In this document: piece after piece, positions 9,829 through 19,353 of the stretch
Layout: each line of letters starts with the position of its first letter
How positions within the stretch are numbered: position 1 is the stretch's first letter
NCBI GenBank assembly: GCA_017960855.1
Contig: JAGCYJ010000009.1
Location: 1-48,898 of the forward strand
DNA length: 48,898 bases
Reading direction: 5' to 3'
Source of the DNA: Alphaproteobacteria bacterium
GTDB taxonomy: Bacteria; Pseudomonadota; Alphaproteobacteria; Rs-D84
Made by a program: the position numbers and the translations under genes
Notes under the pieces: model-generated
Database searches by the model: none
Seen by the model: only the letters and a program-made list of their open reading frames with translations
What the model was told of the DNA's origin: nothing

Positions 9829-11901
9829 ATGATGGATTCAATGCTAGCAAATCTTAACGCGGAACAGTTGACAGCGGTAAAAACGACCGAAGGGCCGGTT
9901 TTGGTGCTGTCTGGGGCTGGAACCGGGAAAACCCGCGTTTTGACAACCAGGGTCGCATACATTTTGAACAATGGGCTTGCGCAACCATGGCAGGTTTTAG
10001 CACTGACTTTTACTAACAAGGCCGCAAATGAGATGAAATCGCGTATCGCAACATTTGCAGAAAGTGGCGCGGGGTGGAATGCGCGCGATTTGTGGTGTGG
10101 GACTTTCCATTCAATTTGCCTGCGGATTTTGCGTGCCAATGCCGCCGCCGCGGGTTTGCGCCCTGATTTTATTATATTTGGTGAAGATGATCAGAAAGCG
10201 GTTGTGAAATCTGTTTTATCAGATATGGGAACAACAACCCGAACCCCCGGCGATTTTGTGGAGCAATTTTCGTCTATCAAGGACAAGGGGTTAAGTGCGC
10301 TGGATAACAAAGATAAAGTATATGTCGCATATAACGCAGAATTGGCACGTATGGGGGCGATTGATTTCGGGGATATAATCTTATATGTGTTAAAGTTATT
10401 CGAATCACAGCCCGAAATTTTAGCGCGTTATCAGCATCAGTTTAAATATATCTTGGTTGATGAGTTTCAAGATACCAATGCAGCCCAGATGCAGTTGCTG
10501 GAAATGCTGACGCGGGGGATTGAAAGCCCGAACATTTGTTGCGTCGGCGATGATGACCAGTCAATTTATTCTTGGCGTGGCGCAGAAATTAAAAATATTC
10601 TGAACTTTGATAAAACATATCATGGGGCGACGGTTATTCGCCTTGAAACGAATTACCGCAGTACACAAAATATCTTGGGCGCGGCAAATTCACTAATACG
10701 GCATAACAATGGTCGTTTGGGTAAAGATTTGCGCAGTGTAAAATCTGATGTCGCGGGTGAACCAGTATATGTTTTAACTGTGCCATCTGACCTGGATGAA
10801 GCGCATGTTATTGCAGATGCAATTTCCATGGCGGGTGATTTTACAAAGCATGCTGTTTTGATTCGCGCAGGCAGTTTGTCGCGTTTATTTGAAGAAGAAT
10901 TTACACGTTGTGGTATACCTTATCGTTTAATTGGTGCGACCAAGTTCTATGACAGGGCGGAAATCCGTGATGCTATTGCATATCTGCGCTTGTTAGTATA
11001 TCCGTTTGACGATATTTCTTTCTTGCGCATTATTGGAAAGCCAAGTCGCAAAATTGGCGCAGCCGCGATTGATAAACTACGGGCCGCGGGACCGAATTTG
11101 ATGGCTGGTTTGCGTACCGCGCAATTAAGCGGGAAACAACGTGAAAATGCGGACGCTTTCTTGGATGCGTTTCGTTTTAATTGGATGGAAATGGCACCAC
11201 GCGAAGCGGCACAAACATTGTTGGAAAAATCTGGTTATTTACAAATGTGGCGCGATTCCAAAGATTCAGACAGTGCAGATCGCTTGGACAATGTGCGCGA
11301 GTTGATAACAGACGTGATTGCGAAATACGATACTTTGCCAGAGTTTTTGGAACAGGCGGCGTTGATGACGACTGATGATGACGAAGATGATAAAATTGGT
11401 GGCGAAAGAAATGCGGTCAGCATTATGACTATTCATGCAGCCAAGGGTTTAGAGTTTGATAATGTATATCTGCCGGCATGGGAAGAGGGCATTTTCCCAA
11501 ATGAAAAATCAATTGATGAAGGCGGTATAGAAGAAGAACGTCGCTTGGCATATGTTGCGATTACGCGTGCGCGCAAGCGGGCTGTGATTTCAAATGCAAT
11601 GACGCGTATGGTGTTTGGTTCGCGTCAGTATAATTCTCCGTCGCGCTTTATAACCGAAATGGATGATAGGTTTTTAGATTTTCAAGGGACCGCACGTCCG
11701 CAACGCACACAATCGTATTCTTATACACCACCGCGTCGGGTTACGCCACGCGTTGCGGGGACAACAATGGTTGGGAAACTGGTGTCGCATACGGAACTGG
11801 GGCACGGAACAGTAATTGCTGAAAATGGTGAGGTTTTGACCGTTGCATTTGGCAAGCATGGTATGAAAAACGTTATGAAATCGTTCGTGACGGTTTTATA
11901 A
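9829..11901 (+). CDS. uvrD: UvrD/PcrA SF1 DNA helicase
   Basis: Walker A SGAGTGKT, TFTNKAA, VDEFQDTN, VGDDDQSIY, NYRS, TIHAAKGLEF, EERRLAYVAITRA; ATG at 9829 preferred over GTG at 9814. Confidence 0.96.
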   Translation: MMDSMLANLNAEQLTAVKTTEGPVLVLSGAGTGKTRVLTTRVAYILNNGLAQPWQVLALTFTNKAANEMKSRIATFAESGAGWNARDLWCGTFHSICLRILRANAAAAGLRPDFIIFGEDDQKAVVKSVLSDMGTTTRTPGDFVEQFSSIKDKGLSALDNKDKVYVAYNAELARMGAIDFGDIILYVLKLFESQPEILARYQHQFKYILVDEFQDTNAAQMQLLEMLTRGIESPNICCVGDDDQSIYSWRGAEIKNILNFDKTYHGATVIRLETNYRSTQNILGAANSLIRHNNGRLGKDLRSVKSDVAGEPVYVLTVPSDLDEAHVIADAISMAGDFTKHAVLIRAGSLSRLFEEEFTRCGIPYRLIGATKFYDRAEIRDAIAYLRLLVYPFDDISFLRIIGKPSRKIGAAAIDKLRAAGPNLMAGLRTAQLSGKQRENADAFLDAFRFNWMEMAPREAAQTLLEKSGYLQMWRDSKDSDSADRLDNVRELITDVIAKYDTLPEFLEQAALMTTDDDEDDKIGGERNAVSIMTIHAAKGLEFDNVYLPAWEEGIFPNEKSIDEGGIEEERRLAYVAITRARKRAVISNAMTRMVFGSRQYNSPSRFITEMDDRFLDFQGTARPQRTQSYSYTPPRRVTPRVAGTTMVGKLVSHTELGHGTVIAENGEVLTVAFGKHGMKNVMKSFVTVL

Positions 11902-11903
11902 GT

Positions 11904-13205
11904 TTAACTTCTGCTTTTTTTGATTGCCTCTATCCACGATTTTGCTTGTTGTTTGGCATCATTGGTCCATGTTTTCATGTCGCCAGTGAATTTGTCGCCC
12001 CATGACTTTGTGTCAACGGAACCACCAATGTCTTTCGCGATTTTATCTGCTTGTGTAGCCAGGTATCCAACCAATAATCCGGTTAGTAATGCAGGGATAA
12101 ATCCATCGTTTTCAAGTGTTGGAACTTGGGCAGATAAATCACTGCCAATTACCCCGTAAAGTAATGCAGCACAAATTGCGATTACAATAGATAAAGATAC
12201 AAAATACACCGCAGCATTTATGAAACGATTTATTTGTGCATCCAATTTTACTGGACCAGTATTAAATAACTTTATAAATCCGTTAAATATATTTCCCGCC
12301 AATCCTTTGTACGACGTTTGAGGAATCGTTTCTGCAAGTGCTGTAAATGGCAACATAATTATGCCCAAGAACAAATCCATCACCACGCCCAGTGCCATAA
12401 ATGCAAACTTAAACGCATCCCATAAAAAGACGCATGTGAATATTGCGCCGACAAGAAAACTAAAAGTGCTGTGGCCAATGCCACCAACCATCCATGTCCA
12501 ACCCGCTGCAATTGCGCTGGTAAAGAAACCAGATAACCGTGTTGGCAAGCACATTAAACTGGCGGCGGCGTTTGCATCAAATAACATATCGTCTGGGGTG
12601 TTTGTCGCAACAAATTGATGAATTGCATCACAAGTGTCGGGTAAAACGGCACCTGATACAGCCGCCACAGCATTTAATATAAAATCAGATAAAAATGTTC
12701 CAATGGAAATAACAGGTCCCATTACCATCATGAATAATTTAGCAGGACCAATTTCTAGTATGGTAATCCAAATGGCAATCATAATCGCTTTTTTTAGTAT
12801 GTCTGTAACTAATTTTTCTGCGTTTGTGCCACCCTTGGACATAAAATTGTATGCTTCAAACATTATCCAAAATGCATACATAACAAGCATAAAAATCACG
12901 ATAAAGCGAACAAGTGAAGAATCTAGTATTTTGGCAACTTGGTTCAGCCCATGAATCATGGCGATTCCTAAACGTGCTTCGATTGGGACATAATCTCTTA
13001 CCATTTGTCGCTTGAAACTTTCTTCCAGTTGTGATAAATCACCATTTAGTGATTCGATAAATCTTCCAACATTTTCTTCTGTGGTCCATGTCCCGTAATC
13101 ACCAATGCTGCCCGGGGCAGTTGTTGCGCCAATCGCAGAAAACGAAAGACACACGCATACGATTGCGACAAATAATTTTGATAAAATCTTGCGAATATAT
13201 TTCAT
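11904..13205 (-). CDS. Polytopic inner-membrane protein, VirB6/TrbL-like (paralog 4)
   Basis: 433 aa, signal-like N-terminus, many hydrophobic helices, loop Cys pair (DTC...LMC), IIMLPFTALA segment shared with neighbours; family call is inference from topology. Confidence 0.55.
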   Translation of the reverse strand: MKYIRKILSKLFVAIVCVCLSFSAIGATTAPGSIGDYGTWTTEENVGRFIESLNGDLSQLEESFKRQMVRDYVPIEARLGIAMIHGLNQVAKILDSSLVRFIVIFMLVMYAFWIMFEAYNFMSKGGTNAEKLVTDILKKAIMIAIWITILEIGPAKLFMMVMGPVISIGTFLSDFILNAVAAVSGAVLPDTCDAIHQFVATNTPDDMLFDANAAASLMCLPTRLSGFFTSAIAAGWTWMVGGIGHSTFSFLVGAIFTCVFLWDAFKFAFMALGVVMDLFLGIIMLPFTALAETIPQTSYKGLAGNIFNGFIKLFNTGPVKLDAQINRFINAAVYFVSLSIVIAICAALLYGVIGSDLSAQVPTLENDGFIPALLTGLLVGYLATQADKIAKDIGGSVDTKSWGDKFTGDMKTWTNDAKQQAKSWIEAIKKSRS

Positions 13206-13210
13206 GATCC

Positions 13211-14647
13211 CTAGCTGCCCAGTTTGGTTGTTAATTTTCCTGCGATTGTGCGTGGTAAATTCCAGATGTTTGTTCCTAACTTTTTAATGTTGCCACCAAA
13301 GTCAAACATCTCGCTGCCGTCGGTTGCGCTTAGTAACGCGTCTATCTTTGGTGAAATTACCCAATAATATAACAGGAATAAACCAATCATCATTACCATA
13401 AAGCCCCAACCGTCGCCCATGAAATCAAATGCCCCCGGGTAACTGCGTTCAACATTTGCGCGTTGGGCGGTAAAGCAATCTTTGAATTTATCGCCATCCA
13501 TTTCACCGTTTACTAATGCCACTTGTTCACAGGTTTTAAAAGTATTTATAACAGATAATGTTTGGGCGTCTGGGTTTTGGACAGTTTGTCCCAACATTGG
13601 GGGTAATATAGTGCTGAACCCGTCAATTGGTCCCGGGAAATATGCATCAGCCGCATAGGATACAGTTGCATATAAAACAACAATTTTTAGCGATATGGAA
13701 ACAATTTTTACCGCAGACGATACCAACATATCAAGAGCTTTAGTTGTTAAACCAGATGCGACTTTCCATACTGGTTCAAATGCGTACGATGCGATGAATA
13801 GGGGCAAGAATATTATTAGGAATATCAGTTTCATGATGACACTTAAAACCTGGAAGAATAAATCAAACCCTATGACCAAGAACATCAAAACCAGTGCCAG
13901 ACCAGCAACCCATGTAATTGCGCCACCACCCATGTCCATCCATGAATAATTCATCAACGAAAAGCCACCGGCTGCGCCCGCTAACATAATCGAATTCAGA
14001 TTTCCAATAGAACACATAAATGGTTGTAATACAGGATTTAAAATATCGATTGATTCCGCGGTTGTGGTCATTGCACCACATTGTGTTGCGTTTGTCACAC
14101 CAGATGCCGCCATGCCTAATTCTGCACCAACATACATAACGGGTGTGATGGTAATGTTTGTTACATAGCGCAGTGCAGTTGTGCCCCCCAGACCAAATAC
14201 ACCCAAAAATGCACCAGCAATCAAAACACGAACACCTTGGTGCCAAACTTTGTCAAACCAAGGTTTGAAATCTAGTTTCTTTTCGGATGTATCCAGTTTA
14301 GATGTTGTTTTCGTGGCATCATAAATATACAGACCAGAATAGACAAACAGAAATATACCAAATCCAATAACCAATAACAACCATATGTGATTTACAATCG
14401 CGTCCCAGAATAATTCTGTTGCATGCCCCAATACGCCGAATAAATCAGATATGTATTTACACATAAAGCAACCGTTGGCATTGGCAATGTCGTCACCTGC
14501 ACCAATCGCAGTAAGAAAATTATCCATACTGGTGTATGTCAAAGAATCCCCGCCAATGGATGAAGATAAATACCAAATACCTAACCCCAACGCGATGGCG
14601 CCCATAACAATTCTGACAAGAAGCATAATCAATTTTGCTTTTAGCAC
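13211..14647 (-). CDS. Polytopic inner-membrane protein, VirB6/TrbL-like (paralog 3)
   Basis: 478 aa, N-terminal CFMC, loop TQC...FMC, IIFLPLFIASYAF; GTG start abuts the stop of the upstream gene. Confidence 0.55.
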   Translation of the reverse strand: MLKAKLIMLLVRIVMGAIALGLGIWYLSSSIGGDSLTYTSMDNFLTAIGAGDDIANANGCFMCKYISDLFGVLGHATELFWDAIVNHIWLLLVIGFGIFLFVYSGLYIYDATKTTSKLDTSEKKLDFKPWFDKVWHQGVRVLIAGAFLGVFGLGGTTALRYVTNITITPVMYVGAELGMAASGVTNATQCGAMTTTAESIDILNPVLQPFMCSIGNLNSIMLAGAAGGFSLMNYSWMDMGGGAITWVAGLALVLMFLVIGFDLFFQVLSVIMKLIFLIIFLPLFIASYAFEPVWKVASGLTTKALDMLVSSAVKIVSISLKIVVLYATVSYAADAYFPGPIDGFSTILPPMLGQTVQNPDAQTLSVINTFKTCEQVALVNGEMDGDKFKDCFTAQRANVERSYPGAFDFMGDGWGFMVMMIGLFLLYYWVISPKIDALLSATDGSEMFDFGGNIKKLGTNIWNLPRTIAGKLTTKLGS

Positions 14648-15844
14648 TTATTGTCCCCCTGTTGCTTCGCCACCAGATATTATCGTTTTGCCGACTTCTT
14701 TGATTTTATTAAATGCCGCAGATGTCAATTGCATTGCGTTATTGCCCAATTCTTCGCTTAACTGGTTTTCTTCTTTCAAATCAAATGCGGACAAAATCAT
14801 ACTTGTCACTTTTGGTATTTGGTCTTTTAAGAAATTGATAACATATACCAATACGACCGTTCCCATAATGGTAAGTGATGCAAAATTATCTTCGGATAAA
14901 TCTACGTCAAATATAGACATTTGTTCCGATGTTATCGCGTTTACAATGTCGCTTACCGAAGTTTCAGAAGACGAGAAGAACTGGGCAATAATAACCATTA
15001 TGACTGTATATGTTATAACAGCTGCTGCTAACGCAACAATGGCATTGATAAGTGTCTTGAATTGCCCGATACCAAGTTTTTTACCCAACCCAGACATCCA
15101 CGAAGGAACATGTTCAGCACCGCCGAATGCCAACAGCACCAACGACAACGGAAAGAAAAATGCAAACAGTGCCATCGCGATAATTATATCTGCGAAATAA
15201 CAACAGAATTTGAAGAATAATTTAAAGAATGCCCAGAAAATATAAACGCCAACCATAAACAGAATAAAGTGCCGGATAATAGCACCGATTCCAAGTAGCG
15301 CCTGCCATGAAAACGCAGTATCCATTATGGCAATTCCCAATTTCATATATCCTTGGAACTGGGTAATTGTTGTTTTCATCAACATAACAATTTTATCGCG
15401 TAATTGTGGTCTGAAAAATCCATCGTTAGACATTGGCAATGGTTGATATGTGACGTGTTCGTTGATAACATTGTCGTCAAGGTTCAACAAGGTTTGCGTA
15501 TAACTAAGCGAAATTTGAGCAACCGGTTCAAATGTGGCGGTGGTAATCATACGTGGCAAGGCGACACCAACCCATAAAAAAGACATCGCAACCAAAGAAT
15601 TTATTATAACTGGGCGCACCGATTTATTATACCAAGGGTCAGCATTGCCTTTCTTGATGTTCTGCCACACGGCATTCAATACGAAAAACGCAAACAAGAT
15701 ACAGAAAATAATTACTGCAAAAAATGCCATGCGATTATACATCGCCGCCGCCGCTTCGGACACGATACGGAACAACCGATCAAATATCGGGCAACCATAA
15801 CACTGGACTGTGCCTTCAATAAGATTGTTTATAAGGTTGTTCAT
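14648..15844 (-). CDS. Polytopic inner-membrane protein, VirB6/TrbL-like (paralog 2)
   Basis: 398 aa, N-terminal CYGC, GFFRPQLR, FFFPLSLVLLAF; TAATG overlap with the upstream gene. Confidence 0.55.
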   Translation of the reverse strand: MNNLINNLIEGTVQCYGCPIFDRLFRIVSEAAAAMYNRMAFFAVIIFCILFAFFVLNAVWQNIKKGNADPWYNKSVRPVIINSLVAMSFLWVGVALPRMITTATFEPVAQISLSYTQTLLNLDDNVINEHVTYQPLPMSNDGFFRPQLRDKIVMLMKTTITQFQGYMKLGIAIMDTAFSWQALLGIGAIIRHFILFMVGVYIFWAFFKLFFKFCCYFADIIIAMALFAFFFPLSLVLLAFGGAEHVPSWMSGLGKKLGIGQFKTLINAIVALAAAVITYTVIMVIIAQFFSSSETSVSDIVNAITSEQMSIFDVDLSEDNFASLTIMGTVVLVYVINFLKDQIPKVTSMILSAFDLKEENQLSEELGNNAMQLTSAAFNKIKEVGKTIISGGEATGGQ

Positions 15845-17103
15845 TATTTAATTAACTCCGCTATTTTTCCGATTGATTTTTTTATGCCTTTGGCACTGTT
15901 CAAAGTTGACTTTGTATCGCTCTTTACTTGGTCGTATAACTTTCCACGTCCGCCGACATAATCTTCTAGTTGTTTCTGGGTCAAATCAAACAATTTAAAC
16001 ATCAGATAGAATGTCAAAATTGATGATAACCATAAAATAGAATGTTCGCCGAAACCACCCGCAGATTGTGCGATGCTTGGCACATTACTGGTGGCAGAAC
16101 CACCCGCTGCAACAACAAATATAGAACCGTTCCATGTAAACAGGGCTTTTATAATGGCGATGTTGATACACAACATAAACGAACACATAATCATTGTGAT
16201 AACTAAATGTTGTAATTCTTTTGTAATACCGGCAAACGCAGGCCAAATGTCTAACCATTTTTCGCTGGGTTTCATAACATAAGACAAAACATGAAACGGA
16301 TATAAAACCAATGCCATACCGAAATTAAATATCGCTTCAATTATCAACAGTGCCATAAACAAGTTGCTGGAAAAGAAGGTTGAAACAAGGATGATGCCTG
16401 TAATCAAATTCAGGAATCCGCCTTCGCCATGTGGCACTATTGTGAAAAGACCACGCAACCCAGATGTCATAAATTGAAACCCGCGTTTAATCATCTGATT
16501 GTTTGCTGCGGATAAGTCGGCAATTGGTTGTATCAAAAATTCACAAGATGATTTGGAAATCCACGCTTTTTGAACAATGGATTCTGGGCATTCTATTCGT
16601 GGTGCGGGTGCACCAGTTGAGTTGATTGTTTCGGTAATATAGTGTGTGTAAAGTGAACCGAACTGCAAGAAAGGATTGACCAATACTTCGGTCACCAAAA
16701 CTGGTCTGATTTGTAATAATATCAGTGCCGCAATAATTCCACGCAAACATGGTTTCATAACATTATACACAATTGTTTGCGCAGTGGCACCCCCCGCCAA
16801 TTCACCACCGCCGGACAAACCAATTAAAGCGGTCCAATTTTTAGGTATGTAAAGTTTTATCAAGTACAGAATAATGGTTATGGCTAAAAAACCCCATACC
16901 AAGATATAGATAATGCCGGTGCCGTTTCCGACAAAAAAATCGTATCCACCACTGGCAATACTCATCATCGCATCTAGTATCAGTGGCACGAATGGTGCTA
17001 AATTTAATTGGTCAACAATACCCCAATCTGCAAACGCAGATCCAGGCATAATAAGCATTGCCGCCAAAAATAAGCACGGTAAAATTCGCCGAAAAAGTTT
17101 CAT
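15844..17103 (-). CDS. Polytopic inner-membrane protein, VirB6/TrbL-like (paralog 1)
   Basis: 419 aa, signal peptide (SAFA), loop IEC...SC, LVLYPFHVLSYV. Confidence 0.55.
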   Translation of the reverse strand: MKLFRRILPCLFLAAMLIMPGSAFADWGIVDQLNLAPFVPLILDAMMSIASGGYDFFVGNGTGIIYILVWGFLAITIILYLIKLYIPKNWTALIGLSGGGELAGGATAQTIVYNVMKPCLRGIIAALILLQIRPVLVTEVLVNPFLQFGSLYTHYITETINSTGAPAPRIECPESIVQKAWISKSSCEFLIQPIADLSAANNQMIKRGFQFMTSGLRGLFTIVPHGEGGFLNLITGIILVSTFFSSNLFMALLIIEAIFNFGMALVLYPFHVLSYVMKPSEKWLDIWPAFAGITKELQHLVITMIMCSFMLCINIAIIKALFTWNGSIFVVAAGGSATSNVPSIAQSAGGFGEHSILWLSSILTFYLMFKLFDLTQKQLEDYVGGRGKLYDQVKSDTKSTLNSAKGIKKSIGKIAELIK

Positions 17104-17134
17104 TCTCTCTCTTATTTATATTTTTATCTTTTCA

Positions 17135-17168
17135 ATTATATCACATTTGGGACAAAATGTGATATACT
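17135..17168. promoter_or_regulatory. Back-to-back extended -10 promoters in a 12-bp perfect inverted repeat
   Basis: TATATCACATTT (17137-17148) gggaca AAATGTGATATA (17155-17166); minus strand reads TGTGATATAAT, plus strand reads TGTGATATACT. Confidence 0.7.
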
Positions 17169-17180
17169 TATTACAGTAAT

Positions 17181-18467
17181 ATGAGTTGGTTTAAAAAGTT
17201 TTGGATAATTTTTGTATCGTTCCTGCCGTTTACGGCGGGGGCGATTGCGCCATTTTGGGTTGGGGTGTTTGCCGGCGTTGGTACTTTGGCTGGTTTTTCC
17301 GTATACCGAAGTGTTTTTCCGGTCAATATGAATGACGCATTAAGTTTTTTTAGTACCTGCTGGTCCTGTCAAATGTTTGCTGATGTAATGGGGACAATAT
17401 CAAATGTGTTACCCGGCGTATTTCACGCGATTGGTTTGATTGTGATACCTTTTGCAGCGGGTTTGCTTGCAATTTGGTTTGCTTGGCAAATATTGTCGTC
17501 TTTTATGAATGGAAAAAATGTAGAACCATGGTCTATTACTGGCGATTTTGGAACCAAGTTTATTAAATTAAGTGTTGCATGTCTTTTGATGCTTGCCCCA
17601 TTGCCCCGACTGATAAACGATATTGCAATAGAGCCGATATTTAATGTTGGAATGTCCTTAAATCACATTGTCACAGATGATGATGCGTTTAACACATGTG
17701 TTGTAGCAACCGCGATTGCGGATCCTGTGTCGGTGTCCCAGCAAAGTGCGAATCGGGGGGCGTTTTCACCAAAATTACGGCATCATTTGGCATGCGAATT
17801 GGCAAATGTACATCAGATGACGGGTTTGGGAATGACGGTTGGTTGGGCTATGCTGAATATGTCGTTCAACAGGGAATATATGCATAAACTGATGTGGAAT
17901 ATACCTGTTTTTCCAAATGTCCCGATTTTCCTTAGTGGGTTGTTGTTGATAGTATTGTTCTTTGTGGCATTGTTGCCGATACCAATATATTTCTTGGAAA
18001 TATTTATAAAGTTATCCATAGATCTTATTATGTTGCCAATAAGTTTGTTGTCGTGGATATTTAATGGCTGGAAGATATTACCAGATAGCAAGAAAAACAT
18101 AAAAACCCTTATCAACGATGTTGTCCAAGGAACATTGGGTTTGGCATTGACGGGCGTGTTTTTGACATTTGCGATAATGTTTATTAACGCTGTATTCGGG
18201 AACTGGGACGGTATGACAAGGTTAGAGGCAGCAATACTGCAAAACGATTCGACGATTCTTATGGACGGTCTTATGATGCGTGATGACGGTTTGATAACAA
18301 TCATCTTTATGGGGGCGTTTATCGCGATGTTTATGGTGTCGATTCCGGCACTTATCAAGACATTGTTCAGTGTTGAAATATCAGATGACTTCTATAAAAC
18401 TACAAAAAATAACATGGATAAGGTCTGGTCAAATGCCCAGAAAATCTACAAAGATATAAAAAAATAA
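17181..18467 (+). CDS. Polytopic inner-membrane protein, VirB6/TrbL-like (paralog 5, divergently transcribed)
   Basis: 428 aa, CWSC motif, NTC...LAC, GAFSPKLR, LIMLPISLLSWIF. Confidence 0.55.
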   Translation: MSWFKKFWIIFVSFLPFTAGAIAPFWVGVFAGVGTLAGFSVYRSVFPVNMNDALSFFSTCWSCQMFADVMGTISNVLPGVFHAIGLIVIPFAAGLLAIWFAWQILSSFMNGKNVEPWSITGDFGTKFIKLSVACLLMLAPLPRLINDIAIEPIFNVGMSLNHIVTDDDAFNTCVVATAIADPVSVSQQSANRGAFSPKLRHHLACELANVHQMTGLGMTVGWAMLNMSFNREYMHKLMWNIPVFPNVPIFLSGLLLIVLFFVALLPIPIYFLEIFIKLSIDLIMLPISLLSWIFNGWKILPDSKKNIKTLINDVVQGTLGLALTGVFLTFAIMFINAVFGNWDGMTRLEAAILQNDSTILMDGLMMRDDGLITIIFMGAFIAMFMVSIPALIKTLFSVEISDDFYKTTKNNMDKVWSNAQKIYKDIKK

Positions 18468-18535
18468 AAAATCAAGTAGTTTATTTTACATCACCCCCTT
18501 TTTTCTGTCTTCCGAATCTGATATAATTCACATCA

Positions 18536-19045
18536 ATGAAGCAGTTTCCGATTCTTTATTGGTCGCGTAAGACAAATGGTGATGCGATTTACCAGTTGGC
18601 GCGGAAAGTCATAAATACGGCCACGGGTGAAATGCCTGACATTATATCGGGTGATTTGGACTTGCCGGCAATATTTGAATCAAATCCGAATGCGGTTGTT
18701 TATTATCCTGTTTTTTGCGAATCGACGGGTTGGTGGGGTGAATTACTGGGTGGTGGCGCCGTTGTAACGGATAAAATGATTATTTCGCCGGAATGTCAGT
18801 TGATGGTGATACGGGCGGATAATGGTACAAATGCACGTGGCGGGCACCAGTTGTTTGCCGCTGAAATATACCCAACCAGTGGCTTTTTCAAAAAGATGAA
18901 TTCGTCCATCGCGACGGTGGCGGACATGCTGGCAACGGATGCGGGAACGATTTTGGCACTGTTTTCCGGCAAAAATCAAAATCAGTTCATAAATATCTTG
19001 GAATCCACCGGTAATTCATATTTGGGTTGCATTGGACGCTATTAA
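18536..19045 (+). CDS. Hypothetical protein (169 aa)
   Basis: Intact ORF filling the gap; TGaTATAAT ends 8 nt upstream of the ATG; no recognised motif. Confidence 0.65.
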   Translation: MKQFPILYWSRKTNGDAIYQLARKVINTATGEMPDIISGDLDLPAIFESNPNAVVYYPVFCESTGWWGELLGGGAVVTDKMIISPECQLMVIRADNGTNARGGHQLFAAEIYPTSGFFKKMNSSIATVADMLATDAGTILALFSGKNQNQFINILESTGNSYLGCIGRY

Positions 19046-19117
19046 ATCGCGAATATCGCTTGATTTATGGAAATTTCCTTGTATAATCGTGGGGCAAAAA
19101 ATTAAAAGGGTTATGCT

Positions 19118-19330
19118 ATGAAAAAAGGAATTCATCCAGAATACCACGAAATTAACGTCACAATGACTGACGGTAAGACGGTTAAAATGTATTCTTCGGT
19201 CAAAAAAGATTTGGTTTTATCAACCGACAATTTGAATCATTCTGCATGGACCGGTCAACGCGCAAATACAGGCGACAAGGGTCAACGTGCGGCTGAATTC
19301 AAAAGCAAATTTGCCGGATTTAAATTCTAA
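19118..19330 (+). CDS. rpmE: 50S ribosomal protein L31 (Cys-free type)
   Basis: MKKGIHPEYH..VTMTDG..H.AWTG..F..KF; promoter TTGATT (19060-19065)/TATAAT (19082-19087). Confidence 0.95.
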   Translation: MKKGIHPEYHEINVTMTDGKTVKMYSSVKKDLVLSTDNLNHSAWTGQRANTGDKGQRAAEFKSKFAGFKF

Positions 19331-19353
19331 TAAAACAAAATCGGGGTGGCAAA

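Noticed and set aside
14451-15200. Long antisense ORFs (14451-15200, 17813-18358, 45493-46461, 48167-48751)
   Set aside because: They lie opposite well-supported membrane-protein genes, lack motifs and RBSs, and are typical antisense shadows
19118-19330. Cys-free L31 as a zinc-starvation paralog
   Set aside because: Cys-free L31 is the usual single form in Alphaproteobacteria, and no adjacent rpmJ paralog is present
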